NCBI GenBank assembly: GCA_013265495.1
Contig: MU057398.1
Coordinates: 800,779 to 820,778 of the forward strand
DNA from: Vicugna vicugna
Lineage: Eukaryota
DNA: 20,000 nt
Direction: 5' to 3'
Shown here one piece after another: positions 10,023-19,368 of this stretch (positions are counted from its first letter, which is position 1; each line of letters begins with the position of its first letter). A program made the position numbers and the translations under genes. Below the pieces are notes generated by a model. It did no database searches and was not told the DNA's origin. It worked only from the letters and a program-made list of their open reading frames with translations.

Positions 10023-10984
10023 GTATTTGTAAGGGGGCACTGTTCAGACGGAAAATGTTTCTGGGCTCTGGCACAAGTTTGCTGTACTGATGGTTTGATT
10101 TTTCCCATTTCTTCTCCACAAAAAGGTAATAGTTATTTGTTATTGGAAATTTGGTTGTACAATTCCTTTTAAAAATAAAACCATTACCCCCTCCAACACA
10201 GCCAGCTTTATTTGTAAAACAAAGAAATAAAGGCTTAATGTTCCCTTTAAAAAAAATTACCCCCAAAAAGGTGATGAAGCACATAGAACATGAACACGTT
10301 CACATTGTGAAAAAAAAAAGTGCAGAAGGACCCTGAACCCCTGACTAACCCATGTTAGGCGGGGCTTGGTTCAAGATGAGAGGAAGTGCTCTGGGCTTTG
10401 AGACTGGGAGCCCTCAGCAGGGCCGTGGGAGTGGGCTCTAGCAGTGGGCTGTCAGGTGCTGGCCTTCGACTTACCCAGTGCAGCTGCCACCTCATGATAC
10501 CCAGAAAGCTGGAGAGTTGCCAGTGGGACTCCACTGTACACAAACCATGGGGTCTCCAGCCCTGGCCCACCCTCAGAAACAGCTTAGAAGGACAAGAGTA
10601 TGGCTTCTGCCCTGCTTGCCCCTCCTGAAGTCTCACACAGGGGCATCCGCTGGACACAACTTAATTCCTATCCAGGACCCAGCTGCAGGGAGGCTAGGGG
10701 ACAGAATCTTTACCTTTCCAACCACTCCATCTAACGGCCACTGGACTCACCACCCAGCCCTGCACCCACCCATGCCCCTGCATAGGCAACCATGGGCACA
10801 GTTAGGATGGGTCATGTGAGTTCCACTCTAAGCATTTCCAACACGTTAGACACATGAGTTTCTTTGATTTTTTTTTAAACCTAAGTGGGGCGCACACTGT
10901 ATGCATTATCCTGTACTTGCTCGTTAACTTAGTATATCCTAGAAATTGTTTTCTGCCTGTGCATATACAGAGCTGTCTTGTGTG

Positions 10985-11212
10985 CTGCAGGATTTCATTT
11001 GTAAAAAGTTCAAAAGAGGTGAAGAAAATTGTGGCAATGGAAATCAGAATAGAGGTTGCTTCTCCAGTGGGGAGAGTGACTGGAGAGAGGCATGAGGGAA
11101 CTTCCTGGGTGGGTGCAAATGCTGTCTGAACTCAGGAGATGGTTACATGATGTATACGACTCGTCAGAATTCAGGGAACACTCCACTTAGGTAAATTTTA
11201 CCTCAATAAAAA
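10985..11212 (+). mobile_element. Old L1 (L1MC/L1ME-like) 3' end
   Basis: gaaatcagaatagaggttgc..gactggagagaggcatgagggaacttcctggg..atggttacatg..ttttacctcaataaaaa, ending in the element's AATAAA at 11205-11210. Confidence 0.7.
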
Positions 11213-11865
11213 CATACTGAATAGAAGTGGTTCATTACATGTAAACCAATGAAAGGAAACAATGCTTCTAAATTAATGTATTAGTTTCTAATCTATGCTT
11301 TAAATATGTATACAAATTAACAAATACTCTAGACACTTGAATATGCATTTATATTCCTGTTTGTGTGTTTAAGGCGATTTTAAAATGTAATTACCTATTC
11401 TCATTGGGAAAATAGTAATTTTTATATTCCACTGTTTACTGGTTATTTCTAAGGATGAAGCATTATAAGCTAGTGGTAAAATTGTTTACCATTGTGTTTT
11501 GGGCTTTCTGTTCAACTTGAGTCGGTGCTCCTCCCCAAGTTTTTGTTCTTTGGAGACACAACAGATCAGTGTGTATTTGAGAAAGTGTTTCTGAATCAGT
11601 GAGTGTTAGCATGGAAGGCTTATCACTGAGGGCATCCACCAGGATCCTTCGTAGGCTTTTGCTGAGCTCAGTAGTAACCTGATCAGATGACACCTGACCT
11701 GTTTGCCAGTAGTTTCAGAGGCTGTCCCTCGCTCCAGAATGTGCTGTTTTGTTTTGAGTAAAAAGAACTGTTCAGTCCTCCTCCCCCCTCTTTTTTAAGG
11801 TTTATTAGTTTGGAAATTTAGTTTGATTTTCTAAACTGTGGCTCTGGTGTTCATTTGTGCCCTAG

Positions 11866-11949
11866 GGGATGTGCTACATTCGGACCAGTCGTCCAGAAAC
11901 TGCAGTTATTTATGCCCCACAAGAAAGCTTTGCGATTGGACAAGCCAAG
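11866..11949 (+). CDS. TKTL1: TKTL1 coding exon (~exon 10); absent from the supplied ORF track
   Basis: Acceptor ccctag|GGG. 84 nt translated by hand: [28 protein letters not shown]. Donor AAG|gtaagg. Phase 0/0 fits both neighbours. Confidence 0.95.
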
Positions 11950-12442
11950 GTAAGGCCTTAAATTCTCCAGTTTCATGTAGTATTGGTTTAAGCTGGCACT
12001 AGGTACCTCTACAATTGAGGCTTCATTCTTTCTTTGCTCTAGTTTTTTTTTTTAATCATGACCTTTGACTGCTTTTCCTCAGCAAGGAGAACATTGTGCT
12101 AGTATCAGTTCTCCTTTCGAAAGGAGTCTCTCTTTGTTGAATTCGTAAAGAAAAGTAATAAACTGGAAGGCACTTGAGTTGCTTGGCTGTACCTTATCAC
12201 AGCCTCAAGTTAAAACAAAATAGTAGAACCCACTTCAAATGAATAGTAGATCTCTTGGGTTCAGGTTTTGTAGGTCCAATGCCAGAAATATAACATGACC
12301 ATCTTGCCTCTGGCCATTGTGTGACCCTCAGGTTGGTTTTGTACATGGGATGTGGCTTCGCCCACAGACCTCATGATGAAGGCTGGCATCGCGAGGCACT
12401 GCTTGTCTCCTTTGTTCTTGAGAAAGCTCTAGAAGCACAGAC

Positions 12443-12543
12443 TATTAGCAGCCCTGTTTTGTAGATGAGGATCAGAGAAGATGAGCAGCTTGCTCAGGGT
12501 TCACAGTTAGTGAGCAGCAAGACGAGGAGTCAAGGCCAGGCAG
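12443..12543 (-). mobile_element. MIR SINE relic
   Basis: ccctgttttgtagatgagga..cagcttgctcagggttcacagttagtgag matches the MIR core. Confidence 0.7.
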
Positions 12544-13527
12544 CGACCTGGCCTCTTTGTGCATGTGTGCCTGCCCATCGGAGCTGTGTGCGTGGAAAAC
12601 TAGCAGCATCTGTGGAGAAGATAAGTGACTCTGCCCCCACCTAGAAAGCAGGGCTTATAGACGTTTTGGCCCCTTTTCTCCCTGGCTTTTTCTAGGCACA
12701 TAAGTATGTTTCACATCACTGCAGTCATACTGCATAGGAATGTTTTATGTCCTGCCTTTATCTTATAAGCCTTTTAGAATGTCATTAATACTCTCCTTAA
12801 ATATGTGAAAGACTGATAGCCGCTCTTGAATGAGCAGCAGATGACTTGCGAGTTGATTGATAAGGGCTAGACTGCTGCAGAATTCACAGTGGCTGGTGCT
12901 CAGAATGAATGAATGAGTGTGGGGTGGCTTCAGTGCTGCAGTAGAGCAGGTATGTCCCTCCCGCTGAATGGGAATGCTGCGATGTTCAGCTTCAGTGTTA
13001 ATTAACTAGAGGGTCTGTTGTTCCCTGGACTCCCACATATAAACTCAAGGACATATGTTTGCCTCTGGGGGCAGCAGGGAGGGTGTCGTGGTTACAGTCA
13101 GATGGTTTGCAGAGCTTTCTCATATCTCTCATCTTTTTTTTCTCCCTGGTATTTGTCCTGTCCTGACAAAATGAAGTAAATTTCGTGATGTGAGTTAAAA
13201 TGTGCGTGATAATATGCATGGCATGCATAATTTAAGGGCTGGGGTTGCAAAGGGGGACATAGGGGTGGGTATGTGTATATGTGTGCATATGTGAATACAT
13301 ATATGACTATATGTATATAGATAGATGTATGAAGAGGCTAGGGCATTCTCAAGACAATGGGATTTGGTTTAGAAGCTCTGAATATTTGTAGTCAGCAGTG
13401 GTTCTTAAGCTACAGGGAAACCTATACAGAGGGATGGAATGCAGGCTAATTCCAGATGCCTTTGGTTAGGTGACTTTGGAGGAAACAAAACTAAGAAAAA
13501 AGGCCAGAGACCCCTGTTGATTTATAG

Positions 13528-13740
13528 AATAGCAAGAGGTTGGGAGCATGGGCTTTGACATCAGATGGACCCAGCTGCTGGTCTCAGCCCTGCCCTGGGC
13601 AGGTTCCTCCTGCTCTGAGGTTTGCTTTCCTCAGCCACAGAATGGGCCCACTAAGGCACGGGCCTTACAGGGCACTTGGGCATTCAAGGTGCTTGGCACA
13701 GAGCACCTCCCAAATGGTCCCCATTAACATGTTCATCATC
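13528..13740 (+). mobile_element. MIR SINE relic
   Basis: gggagcatgggctttgacatcagatggacc..ctgggcaggtt..tttcctcagccacagaatggg..gtgcttggcacag. Confidence 0.6.
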
Positions 13741-14026
13741 AGAGTCCAGTCTGTATGTGTGCCCCAGGAAGATGTCCAGGCAGTCCAGAGATAGTGTCTT
13801 TTCAGGCCCTTTGGTGGTTGTGAGTCCATGCTCTGGAGCCAGTGGGCTGTATGACTTACTTCTGGCCCTCTGCCTTTCACATCCCAATTGGAAATCCACT
13901 TTCTTTGCTGAAGGGTATTTTGCCATATGTATTGTAAAAAAACTTAGTAATTTGGTATCATAAGGAAAGGTAGATGAATTTGTTAAACATACATGAAGTG
14001 GGCTTATTAAAATGAGTATGTCTGGC

Positions 14027-14186
14027 GGGGAGAGGGTATAGCTCAGTGGTAGAGCACATACTTAGCATGCACGAGGTCCTGGGTTCAATCCCCACTACCT
14101 CCATTAAGAAAAAACTAATAGTAAATAAATAAATAGTCCGAATGACCTCCCCTTCCAAAATAATAGATAAAATTTTTTAAAAGAAA
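14027..14186 (+). mobile_element. Full-length tRNA-Ala(AGC)-derived SINE, camelid Vic-1-like
   Basis: Head gagggtatagctcagtggtagagcacatacttagcatgcacgaggtcctgggttcaatccccactacctcca, then an AAAT linker, aatgacctcccc and an A-rich tail. Probable TSD core gagtatgt at 14014-14021 and 14187-14194. Confidence 0.92.
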
Positions 14187-14350
14187 GAGTATGTTTTTGT
14201 CAGTGTGCTGATTTAGCCTTTTTTATAGTGAATTATTCAGGAGTGAAATGAATGGGATGTGGAAGAGCAGTGTAGCAGAGTGTCCTCTACTTGGAGATAT
14301 GCTCTGTGTGTGGTAACCACAGCATTTTTGTGTTGTGGGTGTAATACCAG

Positions 14351-14447
14351 GTCATTCGCCACAGTGCCAACGACAAGATCACAGTTATTGGAGCTGGTGT
14401 TACTTTGCATGAAGCTCTAGCAGCCGCCGATGATCTTTCCGAGCAAG
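14351..14447 (+). CDS. TKTL1: TKTL1 coding exon (~exon 11), C-terminal domain; absent from the ORF track
   Basis: Acceptor taccag|GTC. 97 nt encoding VIRHSANDKITVIGAGVTLHEALAAADDLSEQ(D). Donor G|gtcagt. Confidence 0.95.
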
Positions 14448-14575
14448 GTCAGTTGGTTGTTGCTGAATGTTGAAGTTCAAGCTGGGGAGAGGTAGCTTGG
14501 GCTGCCTGTGTGCTCCATCTGGTTTTTTTATTCTAAGTCTGCTTCATATGGCATGCTGTTATTGCTGTTCTCCAG

Positions 14576-14695
14576 ATATTTCTGTCCGTGTCATCGACCT
14601 GTTTACTGTTAAACCCCTGGATGCTGCCACCATCATCTCCAATGCAAAAGCCACAGGCGGCCGGATTATCACAGTGGAGGACCACTACCCTGAAG
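14576..14695 (+). CDS. TKTL1: TKTL1 coding exon (~exon 12)
   Basis: Follows a 128-nt intron. Acceptor ctccag|AT. 120 nt encoding (D)[39 protein letters not shown](G). Donor G|gtgtgt. Confidence 0.96.
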
Positions 14696-15594
14696 GTGTG
14701 TGTGGCCCTTGGGAATCATTTTGAAAGTCCTCTTTGGTGGGATATGTTTTCGTTTTCCCTCATTAGAGGTGTGCCACACTCCTGGGCAGCGCCTCCAGCC
14801 AACCAGTCACCCAACAACCGGTATTGCTTGCTCTTTGAAAGCGTATGGGTGTATGGTCTGTTGCCCACCTATGCTGGCTCTCCAAGCCTGGGGCTGTGCC
14901 CATCCTCATTTGTGTGTCCTCAGCACAGTGTGCAGTGCCTGGTCCCCGGGTGGCTCCGGCAGCACAGAGGAGTGTCTAATTTGGCATGGTGTGGGGAGGA
15001 GTTGTAAGAAGCTTCACAGTTGCTCTAGAGTTTTCAATGATTATTAATAGTTTGCCCCTCACCAAAAAATGGGAATAGTGCCTTGCAAGCAGAGAACACA
15101 GCAAATGCAGAAAATGTGTGGCCGGGGAGAGGGGGCTGGGCAGTGTTTGACCAAGGACGGTCAGGTGGTGCAGATGAGAGGATGGGGAGCTTCATGTGTT
15201 TGCATGTTAAGGGCCCCAGCGGCACACCCATGATCCACAGGAAAAGCACATGCTAGGACGCCCGAGGACAGAGGACATGGGTCTGGGGTGGAGCCCCATG
15301 CCTTGGCTCCCTGTCTCCCTCCGTTGAGGGACCCCCTGAGCACTCTCCCTTCTCCAGCAGCGGCAGATGCATCCCTTGGCCTCCAAGGGAACCCAGAGAC
15401 TGGGCGCCCCGGGTTTCATTGAGGGCCGATCACGACCAGGCATGCGCTCTGTTGTGTGACTGGTCCAGGCCCAGGGACCGTCCTGATCAGTCGGGAACAT
15501 GTCATGTCAGCATAGGGGACTCGCACCAGCCTGCAGCCTGGGCGCCACCATGAGGCCAACTTCACCAGCCAGCCCTTCCCAAGCTGCCAGCCTT

Positions 15595-15700
15595 GGGCCT
15601 GCCGCTAGCTCTCTTCTGCAAGGTGGCTTCCCCTAAGCGGGGTCTTTGGGTCAGAGGGCGTGGCTGTTTGTGTGAAGGGCCTGCCACTAGCTCTCTTCTG
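15595..15700. repeat. 24-bp dispersed direct repeat (23/24 identical)
   Basis: gggcctgccgctagctctcttctg at 15595-15618 and gggcctgccactagctctcttctg at 15677-15700. Confidence 0.92.
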
Positions 15701-15992
15701 TACAATTCTTTGGTTCCTGACAGCTTTGAGAATCTGAGCTCCACAGACTCCTGCATCCATGGAGCCCCAGATGAGAGAGCCCCTGTTGTAGGTCGGGCTG
15801 GGAACAATTTGGAGACCTGCAGTTTCGAATGAGAACTCTTCTGACCAGTCAGGGGATGACTGTTCACATGAATCAGTGGCTAGTGAAAAATACATTTCCC
15901 TGAGAACCACAAATTCAAAGGCCTCTGTACGATGGGGTTTGAAGGCTGACCAGCCACTTCGGTAACAGAGCTAATGTCCCTTGCTTCTCCAG

Positions 15993-16165
15993 GTGGCATC
16001 GGGGAGGCCGTCTCTGCAGCTGTCTCCATGGAGCCTGACATCCTGGTCCATCAGCTGGCAGTACCAGGAGTGCCTCAGAGTGGGAAGCCAAGTGAGCTGC
16101 TGGATATGTCTGGAATCAGTGCCAGGCACATCATAGTGGCTGTGAAATGTATGTTAATGAATTAA
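15993..16165 (+). CDS. TKTL1: TKTL1 last coding exon (~exon 13) to stop codon
   Basis: Branch-point-like gctaat at 15970-15975, acceptor ttctccag|GT. Encodes (G)[56 protein letters not shown] followed by TAA. The C-terminus matches human TKTL1 as recalled (...VAVKCMLLN). Confidence 0.96.
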
Positions 16166-16925
16166 AATAGCTGTTGGCCTTGGTCTTAAAAGACTGGCCT
16201 CTTTACCTTACGTTGATGCTTGTTGCCAAACCATTACTTAAATCTATACTGTTGTGCTTTACTCTTTTTAAAAGCAAAGCAAGTTAACTATTTTCCTGTT
16301 AAGCCATAACTGCATATACAAGTGTAACTCTCACCTGTGAATCATTAAAGTAGGTTTATAAGGTAAGGTTTTAAATGACAGAATAGCTAACAAAACAACT
16401 ACCTAATAATAAGTTTTCTGATGAAACTACAGATAACTGGACTAGGGACCTACATAAGGTAGCAGTTTCCTCAATATGTGTATTTTCCTCATAAGTAAAA
16501 GAACCCGTGAATTGAATCATAGATTGCAGCTGCCCGGGGTTTACAGCGCCATAGCCCCATGCTGCACACTGCTGTCCCAGCTCATGAGTTCCTGCGCTGC
16601 CCTCCTACCTGCAGCGTCCCAGGTACTGTGTGACTGCAGTTGCCCAGGAACCTCCTCCAGTGTTTGCCTTCATCTCTTCTCCACGATGCAGAGGCTGTGG
16701 AGCAGCAATGCCAGCTGTTAGGATGTCTTGTGCTGCTTGTGGTGACTATTCTGTGGAGAGAGCACACAACTAGTTCTAGTCTCTGCACTGCACTCTTTTG
16801 TTAGATCTCAGAAATGTCTCATTTGCTCAGGGACCAAACCACAAACTGTTAGCTCAATTATAGTCATCTACTAAGGTTACTTGTTAATGTTAATGTTAAT
16901 AATAAAGCAATTAAAAACCAGCTAG
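16166..16925 (+). other. TKTL1: TKTL1 3' UTR (3' end approximate)
   Basis: Sequence between the stop codon and the strongest poly(A) signal cluster. Confidence 0.65.
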
Positions 16926-16970
16926 CTGATTTGTTTCCTTTGTGCCTTGTATGTATGATTTGGTTTCTCC
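16901..16970 (+). terminator. Polyadenylation signal and downstream GU/U-rich element
   Basis: AATAAA at 16901-16906 and ATTAAA at 16910-16915, preceded by (TGTTAA)3 and followed by tttgtttcctttgtgccttgtatgtatgatttggttt. Confidence 0.75.
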
Positions 16971-17636
16971 TTGATAAAGTCCCAAATAAGAAAGGAGCTG
17001 CTGTCTATACCAGAAGGAGAGAGAGTTGTGTCCCCCAACAACAAACCCTAGAAATGGTACCGGTCAGGAGATGCACCACTAGAGGACAGTGTTGGCCTGA
17101 AAAGCTTCCCTGAGCCAACTCCTTATTTCAGCTTTGAGGACATGAATTGTGTGGCTGGAATACAAGAAGAAAATGCCAGCCAGATAAATTAAAGATAAGT
17201 CTGAGCTTAAAAACCATTTTAAAATTGACCAGGTATATCTGCTGTGTCATTAACTGGTCATCAAGGGTTTTTTTTTTTTCCTAGAATGTGTGGTAGAGAC
17301 AGAAGAACTAGCCTGGCCCTGAGTCCTCCTTGGCACCTACTCATTCTGTCCCTGCCGTTTTAAATCACTAAGCTGGTTTCCTGGCCTGTAAAATTAGCAT
17401 GATTATTTCTGTGCTTATTTGTTAAGATTTTGATTTTTTTGGTAAAATAAAGTTAATATAATTAATACAAAAATATATCAAGATACAGAAATATTAAAAA
17501 TAGCAAACAGTTGAATTTTTCTTGTAAAAATAGCAGTTGATATAGGGTCATTGTAGAAAATTGAAAAAAATGCAAATAAGCAAAAAAAATTTTACCTCAC
17601 TTAACTAGCCATCCCACACTCCATTACAACACCCAT

Positions 17637-18140
17637 TGGAAGTGTATAGTTTGGTGGTTTTTCGTGTACTCAAAAGAATTGTTTTACAGCTGTCACCATG
17701 GCCAACTTTAGAACATTTGTATCACCCCAAAAAGATCCCATTCAGCTTCCCAGCCCCTGGTGACCACTCATGTGTTTCCTGTCTCTAGGGATTTGCATAT
17801 TCTGGACAGTTTGTATGAATGGAATAGTACAGCATGTGGCCTTTTTGTGTCTGGCTGCTTTCTCTTAGCATAATTGCATTTGAGGTTCACCCACACTGTA
17901 GCGTGTTCCAGAACTTGATTCTTTCTCATGGCCACATAATAGTCCATCCTATGTATAGACCACATTTTATCCATTCGTCAGTTGGTAGACATCTGGGTTT
18001 TCACTTTTTGTCCATTGTGAATAATGCTATGAACATTCCTATTCAAGTTTGTAGATTATATTTTCACTTCTCTTGGGTGCATGTAAACCTAGGAGTGGAA
18101 TTGCTGGGTCATGTGATAATTCTGTTTACCCTTTTGAGTG
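17637..18140 (-). mobile_element. L1 (L1MB-like) 3' end fragment
   Basis: tagaacatttgtatcaccccaaaaaga, gatttgcatattctggaca, ccacattttatccattc, ctaggagtggaattgctgggtcat. Same family and orientation as 4165-4683. Confidence 0.85.
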
Positions 18141-18724
18141 TGTGTGTGTGCTTAAGCAATTTTATGATTGAACGAGACAGTGACCGTGAAAGAGCTGTAA
18201 GTTCTAAAGCACTCTGAAGGTAAAGCCATTATGAATACAGACAAGCCAGGATGTATGGCTGTGCACTAGCACCACCCCTGCTTGTATATTTAAGCGTAAA
18301 ATGCCCATCTGCTGATACCCACAGTAGAAACTGCACAGGAATGCACTGTGGCAGCCTAAACGGAGCAACAAATATGGTCTATGATTAAAGTGCCATTCCA
18401 AAAGCCTGAACCTGGGCCCCCACAGAGTAATAGGGTGGAGAGGAGCCGTGATTATGCAGACATAGGGGTGGCCCTGTGGCCAGCTTGGCCTTCCTATAGC
18501 TCCTGAGTGAAGAGTAGCCAAGATGATGGGGGACGATCACACTCGGAACTGATCAGGCACGTAAGGATCTCAGTTTAATTGTTCCGGAGCCATGGGCCCC
18601 AGCACCCTTGCCCCTAAGGCTCCTTGAGAATGTCTCCTTGCTGATCTGATTCCCTCCCATGAAGGAACTGGGGTTCCCCTACTGCCTGCCTATAATCCAT
18701 GTCGGCTACTCGTTTATGTAGAGG

Positions 18725-18845
18725 GAAACTAAGTCACCCTTTTTGCTTCAGTTTCATTTATCAAAGGGGATGATGGTGCTGATGATGGTGACAGCATCTG
18801 CCTTACAGGGCTGTGAGCAGGATTTTAGAAGTGCCACATAAATCC
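18725..18845 (+). mobile_element. MIR SINE relic
   Basis: aagtcacc..gcttcagtttcatttatcaaaggggatgatg..tgccttacagggctgtgagcaggatt. Confidence 0.55.
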
Positions 18846-18853
18846 CACTGAGA

Positions 18854-19368
18854 CGCCCTGCCTTCCCGGCCGGTTCCTACTCCCTAGCCACTGCCTCGGG
18901 CTTCGGCACGCCCCAGCCCCTTCCCGGCCTCACTGGGATTGCCTGGGGCTTGGCGGTGTACGGCCCCCGCTTTCCGCTCTCTGGCCAGCCCTCTGCTCTG
19001 CAACCCTGGCTGCTCGCACCTCCCTCCGATATGCTTGGGCCCTACTGGGAAGCCCTCTACCCACCATTTGACATTGCCTCTTGCTGGCCCACGCCCCACC
19101 CGCCGGCCAACCCTGTGCACGCCGAGCTCGCCCCTCCCCGGGCCAGCCAATCCGCGCTTGGGCGGTGGCTCGTGCCACGTCATTGGGTTTTATACGGTCA
19201 CTCATTGAGTCCCAGCCAATCAGCGTCGCCAGAGCCACGGCAGGCAGTGGGGCCACGCCCTGAGGGGCAAGCGCCATAGGCGTGAAGCTGGTGCCCGGCT
19301 GGCTGCCAGGGGCCCAGCCCCCATGCGGAGGGTGCCCTGCGGCGGCCTTGGAACCCAGAAACAACTCG
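18854..19368. promoter_or_regulatory. CpG-island-like orphan promoter/enhancer
   Basis: About 35 CpGs (hand count) in ~515 bp, versus CpG depletion in most of the window. CCAAT at 19147-19151 and 19216-19220, ATTGG at 19182-19186, CCACGTCA at 19175-19182, GGGCGG at 19160-19165, CCACGCCC at 19253-19260, and TATAAAA on the minus strand at 19188-19194. Confidence 0.65.

Noticed and set aside
11205..11210. Intronic AATAAA as a premature poly(A) site
   Set aside because: It belongs to an old L1 3' end and lacks a clear GU-rich downstream element. No evidence of use.
13265..13330. TATG/TGTG-rich tract
   Set aside because: Ordinary degenerate microsatellite with no further structure.
15544..15636. 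Perfect Kozak gccaccATG in the last intron
   Set aside because: It opens only a 28-codon ORF and has no convincing donor to join the last exon, so it is likely chance.
329..16165. Alternative identity as TKT, TKTL2 or a pseudogene
   Set aside because: TKTL2 is an intronless retrogene. TKT differs in diagnostic segments (RLGQS, different C-terminus). All ten exons splice in frame with GT-AG ends and no stops, so there is no sign of pseudogenisation in this window.
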